Of a stretch of 64,000 bases of DNA, positions 1-9,366 are shown one piece after another. The notes under the pieces were generated by a model, which had not been told where the DNA came from, searched no databases, and saw nothing but the letters and a program-made list of their open reading frames with translations. Source of the stretch: an uncultured Acidobacteriota bacterium (lineage in GTDB: Bacteria; Acidobacteriota; Thermoanaerobaculia; UBA5066). The position numbers and the translations under genes are program-made. Where the stretch lies: positions 192,001 to 256,000 of the forward strand of contig CAVZYA010000002.1 of assembly GCA_963779415.1 (NCBI GenBank). The letters are read 5' to 3'. Position 1 is the first letter of the stretch; each line of letters starts with the position of its first letter.

Positions 1-1311
1 CTCCTCGGCCAGCGACGGGGGGGTGGCAGGGTCCCACTCTCCGACGACGAGGAGGGCCGGCGCTTCGGACCGAACCGCTCTGGCGTAGTCCTCGGGGACG
101 GAGCCCCGAGGCCAGACGCCACATGCGGCACGCTGCTGCCGGAGGCGGTAGTCGCCGAGATAGGTTCCCTCGGCGGCCTTCTCGCCCTCGCCCGGCCTGA
201 TGAAGGGAAGGTCTTCCGCGCAGGTGACGGAGAGATACATCCCCATGCTCCCCGACGCCACGATCTCCTTCCGTGCGAAGAGGGCGAACGCGGCGAGCGC
301 GTCGAAGTTCCCGCCGGCCGCTTCGTGGAGCACGACGGGGACGAGACTCGCCCACCACACCTGATACGTCATGTACCGGATCGCCTCGCCGACGATGTCC
401 CGGGAGAGCGTGACCTTCACGGGATCGCCCGTCGCTGGGTCGTACGTCTCCGCGGGCAGCGGACCGGCGGCGGCGCGCCCGAACACGGCGGCCGCTTCGG
501 CGGCCAGCTTCGGAAAGGCGCGGTGACAGGCCGGCTCGGCCGCGCATTCGGAGAGGACGCCGTCGAACGCCCGCTGGGCCTTCTTCGGAATCGCAAGCGG
601 CATGTGATCCGTCGTCGGCTCCACGCCTTCGAGGACCGCCGAGCGCACGTGCTCCGGATGGCGCCTCATGTAGACGAGGGCCGCCCTCGTTCCGTAAGAC
701 CCCCCCACGAGATTGATTCGCCCGTACCCGAGCGCGGCGCGGACGTCGTCCAGGTCGTCCATGGCGATCGGCGTCGTGTAGAGACGGAGGTCGGCGTCCT
801 TTTCGAGAGTGGCCTTGCACTTTCGGACGGCCTCGATCGGGAGAAAGTCGCCAAGAAGGCGCTGAGGGTCGGCACTTCCTCCGAAGAGATCGCAATCGAG
901 CGGATGAGACGCGCCGGTGCCCCGCTGATCCACGAGGACGATGTCTCGCCGCTCCCGGATGGCAGCGAGCGCGAAGGCGAAACCGGCCGCTTCTTCCGTC
1001 GCCGCTGCCCCCGGCCCGCCGGTGAGGATGAAGAGAGGGTCGGGCGCCGCCGGCGGCTTCGTGGCGGGCAGGACGACGACCTTCAGATCGATCGTTCTCC
1101 CCCGTCGCGCCGTCCGATCCTCGAAGACCGCCACCCTGCCGCAGAGCGCCTTCGTCGAGACGCCCGGAAGGTCGCACGGCGAAAGGGGGACCGTCGGCGT
1201 CGCGCCCGCGGACTCGGTGGCGAGAATCCGGTCTCCGGGCCACGCTAGAGCGCTCGCGACGGCGAGGGGGAGAAGGATCGAAATCCGCATCGTCGTCCTC
1301 CGGCTCTTCAT
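1..1311 (-). CDS. Secreted alpha/beta-fold hydrolase (TAP-like peptidase); runs off the left edge
   Basis: Manual minus-strand translation from ATG 1311 (or 1290): signal peptide, LFILTGGPG, DIVLVDQRGTG, nucleophile elbow VGGSYGT. Missing from the ORF track because its stop lies outside the window. Confidence 0.85.
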   Translation of the reverse strand, partial: MKSRRTTMRISILLPLAVASALAWPGDRILATESAGATPTVPLSPCDLPGVSTKALCGRVAVFEDRTARRGRTIDLKVVVLPATKPPAAPDPLFILTGGPGAAATEEAAGFAFALAAIRERRDIVLVDQRGTGASHPLDCDLFGGSADPQRLLGDFLPIEAVRKCKATLEKDADLRLYTTPIAMDDLDDVRAALGYGRINLVGGSYGTRAALVYMRRHPEHVRSAVLEGVEPTTDHMPLAIPKKAQRAFDGVLSECAAEPACHRAFPKLAAEAAAVFGRAAAGPLPAETYDPATGDPVKVTLSRDIVGEAIRYMTYQVWWASLVPVVLHEAAGGNFDALAAFALFARKEIVASGSMGMYLSVTCAEDLPFIRPGEGEKAAEGTYLGDYRLRQQRAACGVWPRGSVPEDYARAVRSEAPALLVVGEWDPATPPSLAEE

Positions 1312-1463
1312 ACGGACCGGACGCGCCTCCGGTTCCTGTTTCGATGGGATCTGCGGAAGGCCTTGACCCGCGCCGCGCCGAGGATCAGACTCCGGATTCA
1401 TCGCGTTAACGCTCCTGGGACGGCGCGGCCGCCTGGCGCTGGCGTTCACGGCGGGAGGTCTTC

Positions 1464-3389
1464 ATGCCCCGGGTTCTTCTCACGAGCGTCTGTCGCCCCC
1501 TCGGGGAGCGATACGGCGACGCCCCGAGCGTCGGCTATGAGCTTCTCTTCGGACAGGTGACGCGGGCGCAGGGGCTGTTCAGCCCGCGCGCCAACCACGT
1601 GCAGTTCTCCCTCGAGTACGTCGCGGAGAACCTCGACGCGCCCACGACGGTTCTTCACTACCCGAGCCGGCGCGAGCTGGCGAGGGAGCTCGCCAGGGGT
1701 TACGACGTCGTCGGGATCTCCTTCGTCCTCTCGACGTTCCACCGGATGAAGGAGGCCGTGGCTCTCGTCCGGAAGCACTCCCCGTCCTCGAAGATCGTCC
1801 TCGGCGGGTACGGAACCGTTCTCTCCGACGAGGTCCTCCGGCCGTTCGCCGACCACGTCTGCCGCGAGGAGGGCGCCGGTTTCATGCGGCGCCTTCTGGG
1901 CGAGCCGGCCGCGGAGCCGCCCCTGAAGCACCCGCTCGTCGTCAGCCGTCTCCGGCTCTTCGGCCGCGAGGTTTCGCGGACCGGCATGGTCTTCGCGGGC
2001 CTCGGGTGCCCCAACGGCTGCGACTTCTGCTGCACCTCCCACTATTTCAAACGGAAGCACATCCGCCTGCTTCCGACCGGACGCGACATCTACCGCGTCA
2101 TCCAGCGGTACCTCGATGTCGAACCCGGCATGTCCATCGCCATCCTCGACGAGGACTTCCTCCTGAACCGGGCGCGGGCAATGGAGTTCCGGGAGTGCGT
2201 CCGCGAGGGGAACCGGCCTCTTTCGATCTTCGCCTTCGCGAGCGTGAAGGCCATCAGCCAGTACTCGGTCACGGAGATCCTCGAGATGGGAATCGACGGG
2301 CTCTGGATCGGGTACGAAGGGAGCCGATCGGGATATTCCAAGCAGTCGGGCCGTCCTGTGGAGGAACTCTTCGTGGAGCTGCGCGATCACGGGATCAGCA
2401 TCCTCTCCTCGATGATCGTCGGCCTTCCCTATCAGACGCCGGAGATCCTCGAAGCGGAGCTGTCGCACCTCCTGGACCTGAAGCCGACCCTTGCCCAGTT
2501 CCTGATCTACGGCCCGACTCCGGGAACGCCGTTCTTCGAGAGAGTCAAGAACGAGGGGCTGTTCCGTGAAGAGGTCGCGACGGATCCCGAAGGCTACTAC
2601 CGGCGCTGCACGGGCTTTTCTTCCGTCGTGAAGCACCCCGCGATGACTGCGGCCGAGATCGAGGCGATCCAGGAGCGCTGCTTCCGGGAGGACCTCCGGC
2701 GGCTGGGTCCGTCGATCTACCGATCGCTCGAGACCTGGGCCCTCGGCTACGAGAAGCTGAAGGACTCCGCCAGCTCCCTCCTCAGACAAAAGGCCGATCT
2801 CTTCGCTCGCGAGATCCGGAAGGCCTACCCCGTCCTCCTCGCCGGAAGGTTGCTGGCCCCCGGGCGGGATGTCCGCCGCCGCATTGGAGAGCTCGAGGAA
2901 CGGATCCATCGCGCGCTGGGGAGACCGACCCTCGTCGAGCGCATGCGGTCCGGCGTGGCCATCGCTCTCGCCGCGTGGACCGGCCTGATCCTCCGGCTCG
3001 GCCTTTTTCAGCACCCTTCGCTCACGCGGCACACGTTCCGGATACCGGAGGAGTCGCTTCCCTCCCGGGTCTGGCGCCGCCTGCGCGGGCATGACGCTGA
3101 GGGCCATCGGGTAGAGGTCGAGCTGCGGCCCGAGGCGACCGTCTGGGTGACCGTCGCCGGCCGGCTGTCGCTTTCCGGAGCGGACCGGCTCGCCTCCGGG
3201 CTCCGGGATGGCCTGAATCGCCGGAAGGAGCGGCTCGTTCTGGATCTGGCGCGACTGGCGCAGGCGGAGCACGAGGCGCTCGAGGAGCTCGCGGAACGCC
3301 TGCGCGACTACCGGGGCCGGATTCGGGTCGTCCTCCCTCCCGCTGGGGAGTTCGCCACCCTGGCCGCCGTCTTCGCGCTCTATCACTGA
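1464..3389 (+). CDS. B12-binding radical SAM protein with C-terminal STAS-like extension
   Basis: CPNGCDFC (CxxxCxxC) motif; N-terminal DVVGISF...KIVLGGY cobalamin-binding-like region; last ~90 aa resemble STAS (VTVAGRLS...LVLDLARL). Confidence 0.85.
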   Translation: MPRVLLTSVCRPLGERYGDAPSVGYELLFGQVTRAQGLFSPRANHVQFSLEYVAENLDAPTTVLHYPSRRELARELARGYDVVGISFVLSTFHRMKEAVALVRKHSPSSKIVLGGYGTVLSDEVLRPFADHVCREEGAGFMRRLLGEPAAEPPLKHPLVVSRLRLFGREVSRTGMVFAGLGCPNGCDFCCTSHYFKRKHIRLLPTGRDIYRVIQRYLDVEPGMSIAILDEDFLLNRARAMEFRECVREGNRPLSIFAFASVKAISQYSVTEILEMGIDGLWIGYEGSRSGYSKQSGRPVEELFVELRDHGISILSSMIVGLPYQTPEILEAELSHLLDLKPTLAQFLIYGPTPGTPFFERVKNEGLFREEVATDPEGYYRRCTGFSSVVKHPAMTAAEIEAIQERCFREDLRRLGPSIYRSLETWALGYEKLKDSASSLLRQKADLFAREIRKAYPVLLAGRLLAPGRDVRRRIGELEERIHRALGRPTLVERMRSGVAIALAAWTGLILRLGLFQHPSLTRHTFRIPEESLPSRVWRRLRGHDAEGHRVEVELRPEATVWVTVAGRLSLSGADRLASGLRDGLNRRKERLVLDLARLAQAEHEALEELAERLRDYRGRIRVVLPPAGEFATLAAVFALYH

Positions 3390-3408
3390 AGAAACGCCCG
3401 CCGTCGGC

Positions 3409-3500
3409 ATTTGCCGCAGCCCGGGCATATGATTTCCGCATGAAGATCGCCGCGACTCTTCTCCTTGCCGCCGCCGTCGCGGGGACGGCATCGGCCCAGG
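3409..3500 (+). repeat. Copy 1 of imperfect ~90-bp direct repeat (putative promoter + signal peptide); copy 2 at ~6950-7040
   Basis: atgatttccgcATGAAGATCGCCGCGACTCTTCTCCTTGCCGCCGCCGTCGCG vs atgattcccgcATGAGGATCGCCGCGACTCTCCTTCTGGCCGCCGCGGTCGCG. Confidence 0.8.
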
Positions 3501-4036
3501 AGGCCGTGCCGACTCCCATACCGCAGAGCGTGGTCGTTCCGTCGCTCCCGGACCAGAGGAACAAGGAGACCAACGTCAAGCCGAGCGGCGCTCTCGCGAC
3601 CGACGCCGCCGGCTGGGTCCGGAACGGTCCCGACGCGACGGGTGGAAGCACGACGACGCCGAATCCCCGGAACGCGCCCTCGAGGGTCTCTCCGGGCGGA
3701 GGCGCGGGAGGAGGCATCCCGGCCCCTCCGCCCGCTCCTGCTCCGAGCGGGCCGGCGATCGTCAACGCGGCCTACGTCTCGGTTCACGGCGTCGTGAAGG
3801 CGTACCGGCCGGGGACCTCGATCACCGTCGTCGATGCCTCGGGACGCGAGCGGACCGTTTCTCTCGCACCGAACGCGACCATCTACGAAGGGCTCCGGGC
3901 GGGAGACAAGGTCGTCCTCCGTATCCCGCTCGAAAAGCCGGCGAACGGCAAGTCAGCGGACAAGATCGAGAAGGAAAAGCCGAAGACGGCCCCGCCCAAG
4001 TCGAAGTTCGCGGCGGCGCAGGCGCCCGCAAACTGA
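3440..4036 (+). CDS. Secreted hypothetical protein: Pro/Gly-rich linker plus small OB-like beta domain
   Basis: Signal peptide MKIAATLLLAAAVAGTASAQ; VHGVVKAY...SITVVD...LRAGDKVVL; TATGAT 6 nt before ATG. Confidence 0.75.
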   Translation: MKIAATLLLAAAVAGTASAQEAVPTPIPQSVVVPSLPDQRNKETNVKPSGALATDAAGWVRNGPDATGGSTTTPNPRNAPSRVSPGGGAGGGIPAPPPAPAPSGPAIVNAAYVSVHGVVKAYRPGTSITVVDASGRERTVSLAPNATIYEGLRAGDKVVLRIPLEKPANGKSADKIEKEKPKTAPPKSKFAAAQAPAN

Positions 4037-4065
4037 CCTCTCGCCGATAATCCCGGCGCACCGCC

Positions 4066-6942
4066 ATGAGCCTTGCCACCGGCACCCGGCTGGGTTCCTA
4101 CGAGATCCTCGCGCCTCTCGGCGCGGGAGGGATGGGGGACGTCTACCGGGCTCGGGACCGAAAGCTCGACCGCGACGTCGCGATCAAGGTTCTGTCCGAA
4201 TCTCTTGCCCGGAATCCGGACGCCCTGGCTCGCTTCGAGCGCGAGGCGAAGGCCGTGGCGGCTCTCTCGCATCCGAACATCCTGGCGATCCACGACTTCG
4301 GAAGCGACGCGGGCGTCTCCTACGCCGTGACGGAACTGCTGGAGGGCCGAACGCTCCGCGACCGGCTCGACGCCGGACCGATTCCCCTCGAGCAGGCCCT
4401 CGACTACGCGCTCCAGATCACCCGGGGGCTCTCGGCCGCGCACGAGAAAGGGATCGTCCATCGCGACCTCAAGCCCGAAGACCTCTTCGTCACCGATGAC
4501 GAGCACCTGAAGATCCTCGACTTCGGCCTCGCGAAGAGGACCGAAGAGGAAACGCCGGGCGACGAGACGAGCGCGCCGACGGTCCTGCGCCAGACGCAGC
4601 CCGGGACCGTGATGGGGACGGCAGGCTACATGTCGCCGGAGCAGGTGCGCGGCCGGCCGGTCGACCTCCGGTCGGACCTTTTCTCGTCCGGTGCGGTCCT
4701 CTACGAGCTGGTCTCAGGACGGCGGGCGTTCCGGCGTGACTCGGCGGCCGACACGATGTCCGCAATCCTCCGGGACGAGCCGCCGCCGCTCTCCGCGTCG
4801 GACCCGCCCGTTCCCGATGCCCTCGCCGACGTCGTCCGCCGCTGCCTCGAGAAGGAGCCCGCCCGACGCTACCAGAAGGCCTCGGAGATCAGCGCCGACC
4901 TCCGGCGGCTCGTCCGGGGCGACCGCCCCGCCGCATCCGCTCCGGGAGACGGGAGCCGCCCCGCGGAGTCCCGGCCGGCGGGCGTCCGTTCCGAACGCAG
5001 CGCCGTCGGCAGTGGAGGGCGGCGCCTTCTCCGCGGCGGGTTGATCGCGGCCGCCGCGGCTCTCGCGCTCGCCGTCGGCAGCTTCTGGATCGGGTCGCGC
5101 CGGGCCCCGAAGCTGACCAGCAGGGACACGATCGTCATCGCCGACTTTGCCAACTCGACGGGCGAGAGCGCCTTCGACGGCAGCCTCCGGCAGGCCCTGA
5201 CGATCCAGCTCGAGCAGTCGCCCTACCTGAAGCTCCTCTCCGCCCAGAGCGTCCGGTCAACCCTCAAGCTGATGAACCGGCCGCCCGACGCGCCGCTCAA
5301 CGCCGAGGCGGCCAGGGAGGTCTGCCAGCGCAGCAACTGCAAGGCCGTCGTGTCCGGCACGATCGACCGGATCGGGAGCCACTACCTCATCGGGCTTCGC
5401 GCGCTCGACGCGCAGAGCGGCGACGCCCTCGCCAGCGCCGAGGCGGAGGCGACCGGGCGGGACGACGTCCTGCGCCGGCTCGCGGGCGCCGCCAACGACG
5501 TGCGTACGAGGCTCGGCGAGACTCTCGCGTCCGTGCAACGCCACTCGACGCCGCTCGGCCAGGCGACCACGTCGTCGCTCGACGCGCTGAAGGCCTACAC
5601 GGAAGGGGTCCGCGTCCAGTGGACGCAGGGCGACGCGGCCTCGATCCCCTTCCACCGGCGGGCCGTCGAGCTCGACCCGGAGTTCGCGCGCGCCTACGCC
5701 ACCCTCGGCATGGCCTTGTCGAACGTGGGGCGGACGGACGAAGCGAGCGAGAACTTCACGAAGGCCTTCCGGCTCCGGAGCCGCGTCAGCGATGCCGAGC
5801 GCTTCTACATCGAGGCGACGTACTACGGCTACGTGACGGGAGAGCTGGAGAAGAGCAACGACGTCTACCGCCAGTGGATCGCCGTCTACCCCGAGGTCAC
5901 GACGCCCTACGTGAACATGGCCGTCAATCTCATGCTGATGGGGCGGTACGACCTCGCGGCCGACGGGCTTCGGAAGGCGATCCGCGTGAACGCCGAGTCG
6001 GGCGGAGGCCTCCTGAACCTCGTGGAATGCGAGGTCAGCCTCGGCAGGCTGGATGAGGCGAAGACGCTTTTCGCGCAGTCGGTCTCGAGGTTCCCCGGCT
6101 CGAGGTTTCTCCACCTTCAGGGGTACGAGATCGGCTTCCTCCTGCGGGACGACGCCCTGATGCAGCAGCAGCTCGACTGGGCGCGCGGCCGTCCCGGCGA
6201 CGAGGCGGCGCTCCTCTGGGCGCACTCGGAGACCGCTGCCTCCCGCGGCCGGGAGGCGGAGGCCCGCGCCCTCGCCGAGAGCGCCGTGAGGCAGGCGAAG
6301 GCCGCCGAGAACGCGGAGCAGGCGGCCCAGATGACGGCCTGGCTGGGCCTGCGGGAAGCGGACCTTGGAAACGACGCGACGGCGCGCCGGCGTGCCCCGG
6401 AGGCTCTCGCGATCCGGGACGGCCGCGACGAGAGGGTCGCCGCCTCGCTCCTCCTCGTCCGCGCCGGAGACGCCGCCGGGGGGCTGAAGATCGCAGACGG
6501 GCTCGACCGGCAGTTCCCCGCCGACACGATCCTCCAGAACTACTGGCTTCCCACGATCCGCGCGTCCGCTGCGCTGGCGGCGCACCGGCCGGAGGAGGCG
6601 CTCGCGGCGCTGGAGCGGACGAGGCCTTACGAGACGGGCGACCAGGGCTGGGGCCTTCTCTATCCGATCTACGTCCGCGGGCTCGCCGACCTCGCGGCGA
6701 AGCGGCCGGAGCCGGCCGCTGCCGAATTCGGCCGGATGCTCGCGAATCCCGGGATCCTGAGGAACTCCCTTCTCCGGCCTCTCGCCGAGCTGCAGCGCGC
6801 CCGGGCACGGAGAATGAGCGGCGACGTCGAGGCGGCGCGGACGGGCTATCGGGCCTTCCTCGATGCCTGGGCGGGAGCCGATGGGGACCTCACGGCCTTG
6901 AAGGAAGCGAAGGCGGAACTCGCGGCGCTGCCACGGCCATGA
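4066..6942 (+). CDS. Hanks-type Ser/Thr protein kinase with TM helix and TPR-rich sensor region
   Basis: GAGGMG, VAIK, HRDLKPED, DFG, GTAGYMSPEQ; TM segment; TPR-like helices. Confidence 0.93.
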   Translation: MSLATGTRLGSYEILAPLGAGGMGDVYRARDRKLDRDVAIKVLSESLARNPDALARFEREAKAVAALSHPNILAIHDFGSDAGVSYAVTELLEGRTLRDRLDAGPIPLEQALDYALQITRGLSAAHEKGIVHRDLKPEDLFVTDDEHLKILDFGLAKRTEEETPGDETSAPTVLRQTQPGTVMGTAGYMSPEQVRGRPVDLRSDLFSSGAVLYELVSGRRAFRRDSAADTMSAILRDEPPPLSASDPPVPDALADVVRRCLEKEPARRYQKASEISADLRRLVRGDRPAASAPGDGSRPAESRPAGVRSERSAVGSGGRRLLRGGLIAAAAALALAVGSFWIGSRRAPKLTSRDTIVIADFANSTGESAFDGSLRQALTIQLEQSPYLKLLSAQSVRSTLKLMNRPPDAPLNAEAAREVCQRSNCKAVVSGTIDRIGSHYLIGLRALDAQSGDALASAEAEATGRDDVLRRLAGAANDVRTRLGETLASVQRHSTPLGQATTSSLDALKAYTEGVRVQWTQGDAASIPFHRRAVELDPEFARAYATLGMALSNVGRTDEASENFTKAFRLRSRVSDAERFYIEATYYGYVTGELEKSNDVYRQWIAVYPEVTTPYVNMAVNLMLMGRYDLAADGLRKAIRVNAESGGGLLNLVECEVSLGRLDEAKTLFAQSVSRFPGSRFLHLQGYEIGFLLRDDALMQQQLDWARGRPGDEAALLWAHSETAASRGREAEARALAESAVRQAKAAENAEQAAQMTAWLGLREADLGNDATARRRAPEALAIRDGRDERVAASLLLVRAGDAAGGLKIADGLDRQFPADTILQNYWLPTIRASAALAAHRPEEALAALERTRPYETGDQGWGLLYPIYVRGLADLAAKRPEPAAAEFGRMLANPGILRNSLLRPLAELQRARARRMSGDVEAARTGYRAFLDAWAGADGDLTALKEAKAELAALPRP

Positions 6943-6980
6943 CGGCGACGCGGCCACAGCCGGCAACCCATGATTCCCGC

Positions 6981-7180
6981 ATGAGGATCGCCGCGACTCT
7001 CCTTCTGGCCGCCGCGGTCGCGGCGCCGGCGCTCGCTCAAGCTACGATTTCGGATTCCGGAAGATCGACCTCTTCGTTCCCGGAAACTCCCTCGTCAATT
7101 TCCTCCCCGCCGAAAGTCCCGAGGCGGGAGTCAAGCGCCTCTTCGCCGAGCAGACGCTCCGGCCCCTCCCGCCCCATTGA
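6981..7180 (+). pseudogene. Small secreted ORF or gene remnant sharing the signal peptide of 3440..4036; frameshift near 7041
   Basis: MRIAATLLLAAAVAAPALAQ, then a GC3-rich frame-shifted continuation YDFGFRKIDLFVPGNSLVNFLPAESPEAGVKRLFAEQTLRPLPPH ending TGA 7178-7180. Confidence 0.5.
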
Positions 7181-7361
7181 GACCGTATCGCATCTTTGGT
7201 AGATTCCCGCCCGACGTGAGGCGGCCCTGGCCGTTCCGGTTCCCTCAGAGCCCGAGTGACGAAGGCGTGCGCGCCGAGAGGCTCGCGACCCCGAACCCGG
7301 TGACGTGAGTCACACGATGCCAACCCTCCCCCTCGGCACGCGTCTATCCGTTTCCCGGAGG

Positions 7362-9359
7362 ATGAGTCTCATGATGATTTCGAGCCCAGGGGCGCGGTCG
7401 TTCTTCCTGGCGGCGGCACTCCTCTCGATCGCGGGGACCGTGACGGCCGCTCCGACCGGGCCCGCAGGGCCGAAGCCGCCGGACGCAAACCCGGAAAAAT
7501 GGCCCCGGAAGATCCAGCTCGGGGAGATGAAGGTGCTCCTCGACGCCCCGGAGGCCGAGAGCCTCGAGGGGACGTCGCTGAAGGCGCGCGGCCCGCTCCG
7601 GGTGGAGGGCCCGGGAGAGACCGAGCCGTCTTTCGGGACGATCTGGTACGAGGCCGACGTCGAGATCAACCGGGCCCGGCGGATCGTCACCCTCGTCTCC
7701 GTCCGAGTCCCCCGAGTGCAACTGGAAGGCGCCCCTCCGGCCCGGCAGCAGAGGCTGGCCACCCGCCTCAGCCGGGCCGTGACCCGTCTCCGGCTGAAGC
7801 TGTCCCTTGACGACGTCCTCGCCTCGGCCCGGATGGCACCCCTCCGCGAGGGGGAGCCCGCGAAGCTCGGCACCTCGCCTCCGAAAATCCTCTTCGAGAC
7901 CGAGCCGGCCATCCTGGTCCTCTTCGACGGCGAGCCGCGCTTCCGCACCGTCGAGGGAACCGGGCTGGAACGGGCTCTCAACACCCCGTTCCTCGTCCTG
8001 CGCGAGCCCTCCGGGAGCGCCTTCTACCTCGACGGAGGCACCGTCTGGTTCCGGGCCCCCGAGGCCGCGGGACCCTGGTCGAAAGCCGACCACGTCCCGC
8101 AGGAGGCCACGGGAATCGCCCGGCAGGACCGGAACGAGGCCGGAATCCCCGAGAAGGACGTCGACGAGGCGAAGAAGACGGCAGGAAGCCGCCTCCCGAA
8201 GATCCTCGTGGCGACGGAGCCGACGGAGCTGATCGTTTCCGAGGGATCGCCGGAGTGGAAGGACGTGGTGACGGGCGAGCTCGCCGCGATGAGCAACACC
8301 GAAAGCGACGTCTTCCGGACACTCCCGGATCACCGGTTCTGGGTCGTCCTCTCCGGACGCTGGTACCGGAGCGATTCTCTCGGCGGGAATTGGACGTGGG
8401 TCGAGCCCGACCAGCTCCCCGAAAGCTTCCGCCGCATTCCTAAGGACTCCACCAAGGCCGCCGTCCTCGCCTTCGTTCCCGGCACCGCGACTGCCCGGGA
8501 AGCCCTCAAGGACGTGAGCACCCCCCGCACGGCGGCGATCCGCCGGAAGGACGCCCACGTGACCGTGACGTACGACGGCGATCCGAGGTTCGAAGCCGTT
8601 CCGGGAACGCATCTGGAGTACGCCCTGAACAGCCCGGAGCAGGTTCTCCGTATCCGCGGTCGCTACTACGTCTGTGACCAGGGCGTCTGGTTCACGTCCG
8701 GCACGCCGGAGGGTCCGTGGCATGTCGCGGATTCGATCCCCGAGGAGGAGATCCGGACCATTCCGCCCGAGAGCCCCGCCTACAACACCCGCTTCGTCAC
8801 CGTCTACGACTCGACTCCCGACACGGTTTACGTGGCGTACACGCCTGCCTATCTCGGCTCTTATCCCTGGTACGGCACGGTCGTCTTCGGGACGGGTTGG
8901 TACTACCGGCCCTGGTGGGGCGCGTTCTACTACCCCAGGCCCTGGACGTGGGGATTTCATCCCTGGTACAGGCCGTGGGGTGGCTGGGGGTTCGGTCTCG
9001 GCTGGGGGCCAGCGTGGGCCGGGTTCCGATTCGGCTTCGGGCTCGGCTGGGGGGCCCGGTGGTGCGGACCGGGCGCGTTCTACCGGGCCGGCCTCGTGGC
9101 GAACGTGAACCGGAACGTGACTGTCAACCGGAACGTCTACAACTCGGGGGCGAACCAGTCCCGCGCCATGACGACACAGACCGCCACGTCGAAGACCCCG
9201 ACTTCGAAGTCCGCGAGCGCAAGAAGCGCCGGCTCGAAGAGCGGCGCCAAGGGCAAGGGCGCGGGAGCGACACCGCACGGAAAGGGGGGCGCGAACTCGA
9301 AGGGGGCTGTGGCGCACGCCGCGAAGGGGGGACACGCCCATGGTGGCGGCAAGAAGTGA
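7362..9359 (+). CDS. Large secreted hypothetical protein with Trp/Gly/Tyr-rich region and basic low-complexity tail
   Basis: Signal peptide; repeated WF/WY...GPW segments; GWYYRPWWG...WGFGLGWG stretch; Lys/Gly/Ala tail. Start could be 7305-7374. Confidence 0.8.
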   Translation: MSLMMISSPGARSFFLAAALLSIAGTVTAAPTGPAGPKPPDANPEKWPRKIQLGEMKVLLDAPEAESLEGTSLKARGPLRVEGPGETEPSFGTIWYEADVEINRARRIVTLVSVRVPRVQLEGAPPARQQRLATRLSRAVTRLRLKLSLDDVLASARMAPLREGEPAKLGTSPPKILFETEPAILVLFDGEPRFRTVEGTGLERALNTPFLVLREPSGSAFYLDGGTVWFRAPEAAGPWSKADHVPQEATGIARQDRNEAGIPEKDVDEAKKTAGSRLPKILVATEPTELIVSEGSPEWKDVVTGELAAMSNTESDVFRTLPDHRFWVVLSGRWYRSDSLGGNWTWVEPDQLPESFRRIPKDSTKAAVLAFVPGTATAREALKDVSTPRTAAIRRKDAHVTVTYDGDPRFEAVPGTHLEYALNSPEQVLRIRGRYYVCDQGVWFTSGTPEGPWHVADSIPEEEIRTIPPESPAYNTRFVTVYDSTPDTVYVAYTPAYLGSYPWYGTVVFGTGWYYRPWWGAFYYPRPWTWGFHPWYRPWGGWGFGLGWGPAWAGFRFGFGLGWGARWCGPGAFYRAGLVANVNRNVTVNRNVYNSGANQSRAMTTQTATSKTPTSKSASARSAGSKSGAKGKGAGATPHGKGGANSKGAVAHAAKGGHAHGGGKK

Positions 9360-9366
9360 GGCCGAG

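Noticed and set aside
325-1248. Plus-strand 307-aa ORF
   Set aside because: Antisense shadow of the minus-strand alpha/beta hydrolase.
1464-3389. Radical SAM as sulfatase maturase or RiPP maturase
   Set aside because: No SPASM Cys cluster, a B12-type architecture, and no evident precursor peptide, peptidase or transporter.
8880-9359. W/G-rich and K/G/A-rich low-complexity stretch as a DNA repeat element
   Set aside because: Explained by the protein's composition; no exact tandem DNA unit.
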